Shown here: positions 1 through 8,924 of the stretch, one piece after another
Position numbering within the stretch: the first letter of the stretch is position 1
Layout of the letters: the number at the start of each line of letters is the position of its first letter
DNA from: Gammaproteobacteria bacterium
GTDB taxonomy: Bacteria; Pseudomonadota; Gammaproteobacteria; Magnimaribacterales; AG-339-G14
Assembly (NCBI GenBank): GCA_003331625.1
Contig: QOPF01000002.1
Span: forward strand, 1,482-65,481
Direction: 5' to 3'
Length of the DNA: 64,000 nucleotides
Notes under the pieces: generated by a model
The model's input: only the letters and a program-made list of their open reading frames with translations
What the model was told of the DNA's origin: nothing
Databases searched by the model: none
Program-made: the position numbers and the translations under genes

Positions 1-804
1 ATGTCTTCTCATCCAGGAATAGACATGATGTCATTTACTGGTTCAACTAGAGCAGGTGTTGCAGTTGCAAAAGGTTCGGCAGATACAGTAAAAAGAGTTC
101 ATCAAGAACTCGGTGGAAAATCAGCCAATATAATTTTAGATGATGCGGACTTTGGTAAAGCTGTCTCAAAAGGAACAGCTCATATGTTCAATAATACAGG
201 GCAATCTTGCAACGCTCCATCTAGAATGCTTGTTCCTGAGTCTAGACAAGAAGAAGCAAAAGAAGCTGCTAAAGCCGTAGCTGATGGTATATCAGCTGGA
301 AACCCTTTTGAAGAAACTACTAACATGGGCCCAGTCGTAAGTGACGTTCAATTTAATAAAATTCAAGGATTAATTGAAAAAGGAATAGAAGAAGGAGCTG
401 AATTAGTTGTTGGCGGACCTGGAAAACCAGAAGGCCTTAATCAAGGTTACTTTGTAAAACCTACTGTCTTTGCAAATGTTAATAACGATATGACAATTGC
501 CAGAGAGGAAATTTTTGGACCGGTACTTTGTATTATTCCCTATAAAGATGAAGAAGATGCAATAAAGATTGCCAATGATACTCCTTATGGTTTATCGGGT
601 TATATATCATCTGAAAATCCAGAGAGAGCTTTAAATGTTGCCAGACGAATTAGGAGTGGAAATGTTCATATCAATAACAAACCTACTGGAATTGATGCTC
701 CGTTTGGTGGATTCAAGCAATCTGGAAATGGAAGAGAATGGGGAGAGTTTGGATTTGAAGAGTTTTTAGAAATAAAAGCTGTCATGGGATACGCCTCTAA
801 ATGA
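1..804 (+). CDS. NAD(P)+-dependent aldehyde dehydrogenase, C-terminal part (5' end lies outside the window)
   Basis: ALDH motifs are present: [14 protein letters not shown], catalytic-Cys context [29 protein letters not shown]. At 267 aa this is about half a normal ALDH, so the ATG at nt 1 is an internal Met. Confidence 0.9.
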   Translation: MSSHPGIDMMSFTGSTRAGVAVAKGSADTVKRVHQELGGKSANIILDDADFGKAVSKGTAHMFNNTGQSCNAPSRMLVPESRQEEAKEAAKAVADGISAGNPFEETTNMGPVVSDVQFNKIQGLIEKGIEEGAELVVGGPGKPEGLNQGYFVKPTVFANVNNDMTIAREEIFGPVLCIIPYKDEEDAIKIANDTPYGLSGYISSENPERALNVARRIRSGNVHINNKPTGIDAPFGGFKQSGNGREWGEFGFEEFLEIKAVMGYASK

Positions 805-821
805 ACTTCCATTAATTTAAA

Positions 822-944
822 ATGACTATCCTAGTAACTGGCAATGCTGGTTACAAAGGAAGTCATTTTGTAAGATTTCTTGAAAAGAAAAACTCTGATT
901 TCGAAGCAGCCAATAACTTATCAACTGAAAATAAAAAAATTTAA
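822..944 (+). pseudogene. 40-codon remnant of a GalE-like NAD-dependent sugar epimerase/dehydratase (N-terminal Rossmann segment only)
   Basis: My translation of nt 822-944 is MTILVTGNAGYKGSHFVRFLEKKNSDFEAANNLSTENKKI*. Compare the GalE-type N-terminus ILVTGGAGYIGSH...DNLS; here the glycine motif is degraded (GNAGYKGSH). A stop follows after 40 codons, and wzi starts 52 nt later. Confidence 0.5.
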
Positions 945-995
945 AAGGCAAAAGTTACTTTAAAGCTATAATCTTTTCGAAAAAATTCTACAAGC

Positions 996-2450
996 ATGCT
1001 AAATAAAATCCTTGCAAAAAAAATATTTATTTTACTAAGTATTTTTTCAGTACAAATTTTTACTGATCCATGGATATCTGCTAAAGATGAATTTTTAGTA
1101 AAAAAACTTGAGTATCTATCAATAAAAAACGGTTTTTCCATTGATTCGACATCCTATCCAATGCCTCTAGCTTTATTGAGAAATCCAAATGAAGATATGT
1201 TTAACAACATTACTTTGATGGCTGACTATATTGCTGTTGCAGATAAAATTGTAGAAAAGGAATCAAAAAAATTTATTAATGAAATTGGATTTTCTTCGAA
1301 CTCAGAATTTAATCCTTTTAGGTTTATAGATACTAAATTTAAAGATAAAAATTCTTTCTTTTTTTCTAATTCTTATCTGGGAGAAAGATTTGCTTCAAAA
1401 ATTTCTATGACGGTATATGAAAGTCCTTTTGAAGAAAAAAAATATGATTTTAGTGACTCTTATTTAGCATTAGTGTCTGGTAATTTTATTTTAGGAATTG
1501 GTAATTATGATAGATGGTGGGGACCTTCTCATCACGCAAGTCTTATTCTATCTAATTATTCTAAGTCTTCTCCTGGTCTCTTTATTCGATCATTAGAAGG
1601 CTTTACCTCTAATCTTCCTTTAATTAGAAGTTTAGGTGAGTTAAATTTTTCTTTTTTTGCTAATCAACTTGAAAGTAATCGAGGAATTAAAAATCCTTAC
1701 CTTTTAGGAGGAAGATTGTCTATAAATCCTATCAATGGATTTACCATGGGACTGACAAGATCAATTATGTTTGGTGGAGAAGGAAAGGATAATAGCTTTA
1801 AAGCATTATGGGATTCTGTAAGAGGAGATGCTTCTACGTACCAAGGTAATGCTGATAGTAATATTGATAATGAATTAGCTGGTTTTGATCTTAAATACAG
1901 TTTTAATGTAAAAGATATAGTTTGGAGCTTCTATGGACAATATATTGGGGAAGATGGGACAGATTACTGGCCATGGAGAACCTTTTATTCTTTAGGAACA
2001 GAGTTTATTTATATAGAAAAAGGAAAGTTAAGAAGCCTTGTAGTAGAGTATATAGATACCTATTACAATGGTGTTGATACAGGGACAAATATTACTTATG
2101 AACATGGTTCATACTCTAGCGGCTATAGATACAAAGGAAGTCCCATAGGAGCTTTTATAGACGGTGATTCTAATTATGCCCACATTTCATTTAACGGAGA
2201 AATTAATAATTTTACAAATTTAGAATTTTCGATTCTATATGGAAATTTAAATAAAGATAAAAGTGGTAATAAAAATTCTTGGGGAACAAATAATGAAGAT
2301 TTTTTTGGAATTGTTTTAAACTTTGAATTTAAAATTGACCCTAAAATTGAAGCAGGTTTAAATTTTATCAGTCTAAGTGAAGAATTAACTTATAGAGGAA
2401 AAATTTTAGAAAAAAATATTGTAGGTCTAGATTTTAAATATCGTTTTTAA
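996..2450 (+). CDS. wzi: Wzi-family outer-membrane capsule-assembly protein (beta-barrel lectin)
   Basis: It has a signal peptide (KKIFILLSIFSVQIF). From memory of E. coli K30 Wzi, the following blocks match: DRWWGPSHHASLILS (QWWGPGYEGSLI), FGGEGKDNSFKALWDS (WGGEGRPQSFSSFWDG), NELAGFDLKYSF (NQLAGFDFKF), SFYGQYIGEDG (SFYGQMVGEDE). The C-terminal residue is aromatic (..KYRF), as is typical of OMPs. Confidence 0.8.
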   Translation: MLNKILAKKIFILLSIFSVQIFTDPWISAKDEFLVKKLEYLSIKNGFSIDSTSYPMPLALLRNPNEDMFNNITLMADYIAVADKIVEKESKKFINEIGFSSNSEFNPFRFIDTKFKDKNSFFFSNSYLGERFASKISMTVYESPFEEKKYDFSDSYLALVSGNFILGIGNYDRWWGPSHHASLILSNYSKSSPGLFIRSLEGFTSNLPLIRSLGELNFSFFANQLESNRGIKNPYLLGGRLSINPINGFTMGLTRSIMFGGEGKDNSFKALWDSVRGDASTYQGNADSNIDNELAGFDLKYSFNVKDIVWSFYGQYIGEDGTDYWPWRTFYSLGTEFIYIEKGKLRSLVVEYIDTYYNGVDTGTNITYEHGSYSSGYRYKGSPIGAFIDGDSNYAHISFNGEINNFTNLEFSILYGNLNKDKSGNKNSWGTNNEDFFGIVLNFEFKIDPKIEAGLNFISLSEELTYRGKILEKNIVGLDFKYRF

Positions 2451-2716
2451 TTACTTTGTTTTCCTTGTCTGTCACATCTATGTCTGCCCACTTTGAAATT
2501 GCGAATAGCTCCATGCTTTGTTTTTCTTCCGTTTACTCTTTTTCGCCATAATTTAAAACTAGAAGATTTTAGATTGTTTCTCATTAAAGATATTAATTCG
2601 TCATGACTTATGGAAAATTCCTTTTCTATAACTTCAAAAGGAGTTCGATCCTCCCAAGCCATTTCAATAATCCTATTGAGGCTTTCTAAATCAATGTTTT
2701 TTAAGGCTTTCTTCAT
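2447..2716 (-). CDS. DUF2805 / TIGR03643-family small basic protein
   Basis: IIEMAWEDRTPFEVIE and SSFKLWRKRVNGRKTKH match my recollection of the TIGR03643/DUF2805 signature. It starts with ATG. Its stop shares the palindrome TTAA with the wzi stop. Confidence 0.65.
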   Translation of the reverse strand: MKKALKNIDLESLNRIIEMAWEDRTPFEVIEKEFSISHDELISLMRNNLKSSSFKLWRKRVNGRKTKHGAIRNFKVGRHRCDRQGKQSN

Positions 2717-2984
2717 CTGTATTCCAGTGGGAAATTATTTTTTTATTTTCATCAACCCATCTTTCCAATTGCAAAATTACGTAATCTTGACCCATAATCA
2801 AGTCTATATTCTCCTGGGGCATTGACTCTTTTTCTTTTGTCATTAATTCGAGTAAAGCAATTAAGTTTTCAGTTTGTTCTTCGTATTCTTTAAGCAAAGG
2901 ATTTTTTTTGTTACTAAAAGCACTTTGAATTTCTTCTAAAAGGGCAGTTTTAAGTTCTTGTAACTGATAAGAATCCATATGCAT
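2691..2984 (-). CDS. hypothetical small helical/acidic protein (97 aa, or 95 aa from the second ATG at 2978)
   Basis: This is an open frame with an ATG start. It overlaps the downstream DUF2805 gene by 26 nt in the same direction, which suggests operon coupling. I recognise no family motif. Confidence 0.45.
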   Translation of the reverse strand: MHMDSYQLQELKTALLEEIQSAFSNKKNPLLKEYEEQTENLIALLELMTKEKESMPQENIDLIMGQDYVILQLERWVDENKKIISHWNTDEESLKKH

Positions 2985-3053
2985 ATTATAGAAATAAGTT
3001 TCTATTCTTAATTGCCAGAAAACAATAAATTATAAATTTATTTCAAATAATAA

Positions 3054-4271
3054 TTATTTCAAGATTGAATCTAATGCTTCTGAGGCTATGCTTACTATTT
3101 GTGTTATGTCTGATTCAGTGTGAGCAGTAGATAAAAAGTGATTGTGATAGCTAGTTAGATAAAGACCTCTAGAAAGACATTCATCTGTCCATTTAGTATG
3201 AAAATCTTTTTCTTTATTTTCAATTCTAAAATATGGCATTGCCGGTACCCCAGTAACTTTCATTTCAACTCCAAAGTCTTTTGCTGTGGACTCCAAGTCT
3301 ATTTTTAATTTGTTTCCAAGGTTATTCATGATTTCTATTGCGTTAACTCTTTGCAACTCTTCTAAAGTAGCCTTTGAAGCTGCCATGGGTGCGGAATTGT
3401 AGAATTGTGTTCCACTAAAATAAACTCTATTAGCTGCTTCTTTTAAGGAATCCTTCCCAACTAGTGCAGAAATGGGATAGCCATTAGCCATTGCTTTCCC
3501 TAGACAAACTAGATCTGGACTAAAGTTAAAAGCATTGTGAGAACCTTTTAAGTTTATTCTAAACCCTGTTCTGACATCATCTACAATAATTACTATATTT
3601 TTTTCATTGCACTTATTCTGAATATGCTGCCAATAGCCTGAACTTGGTAATGAGCTATCTCTGGAAGTAGGATGATCGTAGGGACTTGAAATAAAACAGG
3701 CAATTTCATTGCTGAAATTTGATATTGCTTCATCAAATTCTTCTATGCTATTCCACGAGACAGATATGACTTCATCGCTATCTGAATCTATAATCCCCGG
3801 ATTTTCTTTATTTTGCATCCAGCCATTGGCTCCATGATAACCATCTTTGATTTTTAATATTTTTGATTTACTAGTTTCTTCTCTTGCCACCATTACTGCT
3901 AATTGGGTGCTATCTCCACCATTTTTTCCAAATAGTGTCCACTCAGCTATATCAATCATATCAACGAGAGTTTCTGCTAATTCCAACATCACTGGAGAAG
4001 CAATGCTAACGGTGTTTCCTAAATCATATTGAGTTTGAGCTGCTTTATCTATTATTGGATTGTTGTAGCCCAAGATCATTGGCCCCCAGCCACAAATTAA
4101 ATCTAAATATTTATTTCCATCTATATCCCAAAAGTATGCATCTCTAGCCTTAGAAAAAAATTTAGGGCCCTCTTCTCTAACGGCAAATTTATAGTGGCCA
4201 AAAATACCCCCAGGAATTAGTTCCTGTGCACGAGTGAAAAGTTTATTAGATGAATTTTGTTTTAATTTCAT
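3054..4271 (-). CDS. class III (GSA-aminomutase-like) PLP-dependent aminotransferase
   Basis: It has the N-terminal AQELIPGG motif and a DDVRTGFR block. The PLP-lysine context is DLVCLGKAMANGYPISA. The 405-aa length fits the family. It is not the canonical hemL N-terminus. Confidence 0.8.
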   Translation of the reverse strand: MKLKQNSSNKLFTRAQELIPGGIFGHYKFAVREEGPKFFSKARDAYFWDIDGNKYLDLICGWGPMILGYNNPIIDKAAQTQYDLGNTVSIASPVMLELAETLVDMIDIAEWTLFGKNGGDSTQLAVMVAREETSKSKILKIKDGYHGANGWMQNKENPGIIDSDSDEVISVSWNSIEEFDEAISNFSNEIACFISSPYDHPTSRDSSLPSSGYWQHIQNKCNEKNIVIIVDDVRTGFRINLKGSHNAFNFSPDLVCLGKAMANGYPISALVGKDSLKEAANRVYFSGTQFYNSAPMAASKATLEELQRVNAIEIMNNLGNKLKIDLESTAKDFGVEMKVTGVPAMPYFRIENKEKDFHTKWTDECLSRGLYLTSYHNHFLSTAHTESDITQIVSIASEALDSILK

Positions 4272-4299
4272 TATTTAACGAACATCCTACCAATTATTT

Positions 4300-4390
4300 T
4301 GGCGGAGAGGGAGGGATTCGAACCCTCGATGCAGGATTACCACATACTCCCTTAGCAGGGGAGCGCTTTCAACCACTCAGCCACCTCTCC
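4300..4390 (-). tRNA. tRNA-Ser (anticodon GCU), CCA encoded
   Basis: The reverse complement reads GGAGAGGTGGCTGAGTGGTTGAAAGCGCTCCCCTGCTAAGGGAGTATGTGGTAATCCTGCATCGAGGGTTCGAATCCCTCCCTCTCCGCCA. The 7-bp acceptor is GGAGAGG/CCTCTCC. The anticodon stem is CTCCC/GGGAG with loop CTGCTAA. It has a long variable arm and T-arm GAGGG-TTCGAAT-CCCTC. Confidence 0.93.
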
Positions 4391-4397
4391 TTTTGTT

Positions 4398-5612
4398 CTA
4401 TTTTTCAAGATTAAAAGCATCATGAAGCGATTTAACAGCTTTATGAGCTGAATCTTCTTTGACGATAACAGATATTTTAATTTCTGAAGTAGAAATCATT
4501 TCTATATTTATCTTATTTTCTGCAAGTGTTTTGAACATAGTAGCAGCAACTCCTGCATGAGATTTCATGCCAACGCCGACTAAAGAAACTTTGCTTATGT
4601 CTTCATTTAGCTCAATTTCTCCTCCGCCAAACTCTTCAGATAAATCTGTAAGAATTTTTTTTGCTTCAAAAGCTTTTTCTCTTTTCACTGTAAAGGTAAA
4701 GTCAGTTGTTTTGTCCTCTGAAACATTTTGAATAATAATATCTACCTCTATGCCTTGAGCACTAATTGGCTCAATAATTTTTGCTGCAATACCAGGTATA
4801 TCAGGTACTTTTCTAATGGTTAACTTTGCCTCATCATTAGTATGTGCAACTCCTGAGATTAATGCATCTTCCATATTTTCGTCTCCGTTTATCAAGGTGC
4901 CCTCTTCATTGGTAAAACTAGATTTTACCCTGATTGGCATATTATATTTACTAGCAAATTCTACAGATCTAATTTGTAGAACTTTCGCTCCCAAGCTAGA
5001 AAGTTCAAGCATTTCTTCAAAAGTTAATTTATCAATCTTTTTTGCATTTTCATAAACATTTGGATCAGTTGTGTAAACGCCATTTACATCAGTATAAATT
5101 TGGCATTCTTCAGCGTTAAGAGCTACTGCTAAAGCTACAGCTGAAGTATCTGATCCACCCCTGCCTAAAGTAGTAACATCACCTTCTTCATTTATACCCT
5201 GAAAACCTGTGATAACTGGAGTTATATTTGAGGATATATCCATCAATAAGTTTTTTGTGTCAATAGAACTTATTCTTGCTTTTCCATGATAATCGTCTGT
5301 CCTAAGGTCTAATTGAAAGGCTGTATACGATTTTGACTTTAGATTTTCACTTCTTAAAGACATGGCTAATAAAGCTACTGATACTTGTTCGCCGGATGAA
5401 ATTAAAGCGTCATATTCTCTAGGATCAGGTATTTCTTGTACTCCCTTAGCCAAATCAATTAGCCTTTGTGTCTCTCCTGCCATAGCAGAAACAACTGCAA
5501 CAACTTTTTTACCTGTTTCAGAAGTTTCTTTAATTATTTTAGCTACTGCTTTAAATCTTTTTGTATCAGCAAGTGATGTGCCGCCAAACTTTTGGATAAC
5601 TATATTAGACAT
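4398..5612 (-). CDS. lysC: aspartate kinase
   Basis: It has IVIQKFGGTSLAD, GRGGSDTSAVALA and C-terminal ACT-type repeats. I prefer the ATG at 5612 (MSNIVIQKFGG). The track start at 5651 is a TTG that would overlap alaS by 32 nt. Confidence 0.92.
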   Translation of the reverse strand: MSNIVIQKFGGTSLADTKRFKAVAKIIKETSETGKKVVAVVSAMAGETQRLIDLAKGVQEIPDPREYDALISSGEQVSVALLAMSLRSENLKSKSYTAFQLDLRTDDYHGKARISSIDTKNLLMDISSNITPVITGFQGINEEGDVTTLGRGGSDTSAVALAVALNAEECQIYTDVNGVYTTDPNVYENAKKIDKLTFEEMLELSSLGAKVLQIRSVEFASKYNMPIRVKSSFTNEEGTLINGDENMEDALISGVAHTNDEAKLTIRKVPDIPGIAAKIIEPISAQGIEVDIIIQNVSEDKTTDFTFTVKREKAFEAKKILTDLSEEFGGGEIELNEDISKVSLVGVGMKSHAGVAATMFKTLAENKINIEMISTSEIKISVIVKEDSAHKAVKSLHDAFNLEK

Positions 5613-5619
5613 TGAATTT

Positions 5620-8211
5620 TTAGACTTTATTAAAGATTTTCTCAGCGGCAATTAAAATTTCATCAAGCTTATCAGATGCTGGCCCTCCAGCCTGTGCAAA
5701 ATCTGCTTTACCGCCACCTTTTGCTCCTATAATTTTGGAAAGCGAGTCTAGCAAATTTCTAGCATCATAAGTAGCAGAAATTTCATTTGACACAGAAGCT
5801 AAAATTGTTGATTTTTCATCCATAGAGCCTACGAGAATTACCACTAAATTACTTATTTCATTTTTTAGACTATCTAAACTGCCTCTTAGTTTGGATAAAT
5901 TAAGATTATCTATTCTTTTCAGAATTACATTTATCTCCCCTATTGATTTGTAACTACTTTTCATATCGTCCAGTAGGCTTTGATAAATTTTTTGTTCAAC
6001 TTTTTTTAGGTCTTCTTTATAAATATTAACTAATTTAATTTTGTCTTTTAAAAAACCAGGTAAATCTTGAGCTGAAACATTAAAAGTCTCTGCAGTGTTA
6101 AGTAAATCTGTTTTAATCTCTTCTTTATCTTTAATAGCGAGATCACCAGAGATAGCTTCTATTCTTCTGATTCCTGAAGAAATGCTAGTTTCCGAGATTA
6201 TTTTAAAACTTTTTATTTCTGAACTATTTTTTACATGTGTTCCTCCGCATAGTTCAATGGAATAATCCCCTGCTATTTTTAAAACTCTCACTTGATCGCC
6301 ATATTTTTCTCCAAAGAATGCAATTGCTCCGAGTTTTTTTGATTCCTCTATAGAAGTTTCAATTATTTGAGTATCTTGAGCAGATTTTATTGCCTGATTA
6401 ACTTCTTGCTCAATCTTGGAAATTTCGGATTCTGAAAGTTTTTGTTTGTGTGAAAAATCAAATCTCAGTTTTTCTTCATTTACCAAAGAACCCTTTTGCT
6501 GGACATGTTCGCCCAGAACGTTTCTTAATGCCGAATGCATTAAGTGTGTAGCTGAATGATTAGAAACAATTGCGTTTCTCCTTTTTTCATCTATCTCTGC
6601 ATTAACTTTACTGTTTAATTTAATTGAACCTTTTATAACCTTGCTTATATGCAAATGGAAGTTTCCTATTTTCTGGGTGTCTAATACTTCAATGTCTAGA
6701 TCTTTAGAAATAAGTTTACCTTTATCGCCAACCTGTCCACCCGACTCACCATAAAATGGTGTTGAATCAAGTACAATCATGCATTGTCCTTCCGAAACAG
6801 ATTGCACTTCTTTACCGTCTTTAAAAATTAATTTGATTTCAGACTCAGATGAACTTGATTTGTAGCCAATAAATTTTGTCTCTTCACTCAAATTTATAGC
6901 AGCTGGTAAAAGAGCTTCAAATCTATTTTCTTTTTTTGCATTTGCTCTTTGCACTGCCATGAGTTTTTCATATCCAGAGAGATCTAAACTTAAATCATTT
7001 TCTTGGGCTAAGTCTCTTGTCAAGTCAACTGGAAATCCATAAGTGTCATAAAGCTTAAAAATTACATCTCCAGATAAAGTCTTACTTTCGGAACCTTTAA
7101 TCTCTTCTTCTAAAAGCTTCATTCCCTGTTTTAACGTTTCTCTGAATTGATCTTCTTCTAATTTAAGTTCTTCTAAAATAATAGACTTGCTTCTTTTTAC
7201 ATTTGGATAAGTCTCTAATAAAGATTCTCCTAACGAATCAAAAATATCCGAAAAGGAAAAATCTTTATTGTTATTAATTTTATAAGCATGAGTTAAAGCT
7301 CTTCTTATGATTCTTCTAAGAACATATCCTCTTCCCTCATTACTCGGATTTACACCATCAGAAATAAGAAAAACAGATGATCTGAGGTGATCTGCAATTA
7401 CTCTCAGAGATGGATTTTCAAGATTTTTTTCACTTAATACTTCAGCAATGGAATCAATAATTTCCTTAAAAATATCTGTCTTATAGTTATCGCTAGTCTT
7501 TTGTATTACTGCTGTAATTCTTTCTAAACCCATTCCAGTGTCAACACACTTCTTTGGCAAATTAGAAAGCTTACCATTGTGATCGCGGTTAAATTGCATG
7601 AAAACTAAATTATAGATCTCTACAAACCTTTCACCGGTATCTACTCCTTCTTGTGGTGCTTCACCAGGAAGATCTTCACCATGGTCATAGAATATTTCAG
7701 AGCAAGGACCGCATGGACCAGTATCTCCCATTGACCAAAAATTATCTTCAGTAAGTCTTGAAAGTCTTTCAGCAGGGATTTTTATTTTGTTTAACCAAAT
7801 ATCTTCAGATTCTTGATCATCAACATGAACTGTTACCCATAGTTTATCCTTATCAAGCTTAAACTTTTCAGTCAAAAGCTCCCAAGCTAATCCAATTGCT
7901 TTTTCTTTGAAATAATCTCCAAAACTAAAATTTCCAAGCATCTCAAAGAAAGTATGATGTCTAAGAGTAAACCCGACATTATCCAAATCATTGTGTTTTC
8001 CTCCAGCTCTTACACATTTTTGAGAAGAAGTTGCTGTATCAAAATTGATTTTTTCAGTTCCAAGAAATACGTCTTTGAACTGATTCATACCAGAATTAGA
8101 AAACATTAAAGTTGGATCATTTATTGGAACTAGGCCAGAACTTTCGACTTTTTTGTGTCCTTTTTCAACAAAAAAATCTAAAAAAGTCTTTCTTACTTCA
8201 GACGAATTCAC
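5620..8211 (-). CDS. alaS: alanine--tRNA ligase
   Basis: 863 aa. It has the class II core RHHTFFEMLGNFSFGDYFK, editing-domain motifs HSATHLMH and CGGTHV, and a C-terminal DHHA1-like tail. Confidence 0.97.
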   Translation of the reverse strand: MNSSEVRKTFLDFFVEKGHKKVESSGLVPINDPTLMFSNSGMNQFKDVFLGTEKINFDTATSSQKCVRAGGKHNDLDNVGFTLRHHTFFEMLGNFSFGDYFKEKAIGLAWELLTEKFKLDKDKLWVTVHVDDQESEDIWLNKIKIPAERLSRLTEDNFWSMGDTGPCGPCSEIFYDHGEDLPGEAPQEGVDTGERFVEIYNLVFMQFNRDHNGKLSNLPKKCVDTGMGLERITAVIQKTSDNYKTDIFKEIIDSIAEVLSEKNLENPSLRVIADHLRSSVFLISDGVNPSNEGRGYVLRRIIRRALTHAYKINNNKDFSFSDIFDSLGESLLETYPNVKRSKSIILEELKLEEDQFRETLKQGMKLLEEEIKGSESKTLSGDVIFKLYDTYGFPVDLTRDLAQENDLSLDLSGYEKLMAVQRANAKKENRFEALLPAAINLSEETKFIGYKSSSSESEIKLIFKDGKEVQSVSEGQCMIVLDSTPFYGESGGQVGDKGKLISKDLDIEVLDTQKIGNFHLHISKVIKGSIKLNSKVNAEIDEKRRNAIVSNHSATHLMHSALRNVLGEHVQQKGSLVNEEKLRFDFSHKQKLSESEISKIEQEVNQAIKSAQDTQIIETSIEESKKLGAIAFFGEKYGDQVRVLKIAGDYSIELCGGTHVKNSSEIKSFKIISETSISSGIRRIEAISGDLAIKDKEEIKTDLLNTAETFNVSAQDLPGFLKDKIKLVNIYKEDLKKVEQKIYQSLLDDMKSSYKSIGEINVILKRIDNLNLSKLRGSLDSLKNEISNLVVILVGSMDEKSTILASVSNEISATYDARNLLDSLSKIIGAKGGGKADFAQAGGPASDKLDEILIAAEKIFNKV

Positions 8212-8216
8212 GTTAA

Positions 8217-8924
8217 TTATTTAAAGATTTCTATTAAAAAGTCTTTAAAGATTTTCCAAGACCTTTTGTTGGCATCTTCAGAATAAACCGTACCAAAGCT
8301 AGGATCATTAGCATCAGGATTTGTAAAAGCATGCATTGCGTTTCCAAAGGAATGTAGCTGCCAGTCAACTTTTTTCTCATTCATTTCTTCAGAAAATGAA
8401 TCTATTTGATCTTGCCCTACCATTGGATCTAAATGACCATGAAGAACTAAAAGCTTAGCATTTATCTTTTTATCTTCTAGGTCTTTTGAACCGGATAAAA
8501 AACCATGAAAACTTACAGCGCCTTTTAAATCAACTCCACTTCTGGCAAGGTCAAGTGAAACAAGGCCGCCAAAACAGTATCCCATAATTGCAATATTTGA
8601 ATCATCAATACCCTCAAGTTTTTTCGCAGCGTTATATGCGCCAACAACAATCTGAGATAAATTTTTTCTGTCATCCATTAGAGGTTGCATCATTGATTGA
8701 TTTTCTTCGTTTGATTCACCAGTCTTACCATTCCCATACATATCAATTGCAAAAGCATTGAATCCATCTTTGGCAAGCTTGGTTGCAATACCCTCTACAA
8801 AATCATCTCGACCTGCCCAGGTATGAGCAATAAGAATACATGGAGCATTTTCAGTATCTGGTTTTACATGCAAGCCTTCATATTTTTTGCCATTCACTTC
8901 ATATGCTACAAGTTGGGTATTCAT
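8217..8924 (-). CDS. dienelactone hydrolase family protein
   Basis: The alpha/beta-hydrolase nucleophile elbow carries Cys (MGYCFGG). It also has LVLHGHLDP and AMHAF blocks. The stop overlaps the next gene by 4 nt. Confidence 0.8.
   Translation of the reverse strand: MNTQLVAYEVNGKKYEGLHVKPDTENAPCILIAHTWAGRDDFVEGIATKLAKDGFNAFAIDMYGNGKTGESNEENQSMMQPLMDDRKNLSQIVVGAYNAAKKLEGIDDSNIAIMGYCFGGLVSLDLARSGVDLKGAVSFHGFLSGSKDLEDKKINAKLLVLHGHLDPMVGQDQIDSFSEEMNEKKVDWQLHSFGNAMHAFTNPDANDPSFGTVYSEDANKRSWKIFKDFLIEIFK

Noticed and set aside
1-3. The ATG at nt 1 as the true start of the aldehyde dehydrogenase.
   Set aside because: The 267-aa product begins in the middle of the ALDH fold, just before the FTGST motif. 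The N-terminal NAD-binding half is missing, so the gene must continue upstream of the window.
805-4390. The interval between the ALDH gene and tRNA-Ser (GalE remnant, wzi, DUF2805 pair, aminotransferase) as a tRNA-targeted genomic island. This included a weak resemblance of GATTTCGAA (about nt 897-905) to the tRNA-Ser T-arm GATTCGAA.
   Set aside because: There is no integrase. The match is 8-9 nt with an indel, which is expected by chance. I see no obvious compositional break by eye. The idea survives only as the weaker locus-decay hypothesis listed under findings.
4398-5651. The long-ORF starts given by the track for lysC (5651), purL (14479) and leuB (33907).
   Set aside because: All three are TTG codons upstream of an ATG. 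The ATG aligns better with the family N-terminus (lysC MSNIVIQKFGG) or forms a classic ATGA stop/start overlap (leuB). The lysC TTG would overlap alaS by 32 nt. Start choice remains uncertain for purL.
4272-8216. Lysine riboswitch, T-box, or leader-peptide attenuators upstream of lysC, alaS, leuC or trpF.
   Set aside because: The upstream spacers are 7 nt or less (or overlaps), so there is no physical room. No short Leu- or Trp-rich leader ORF was seen.
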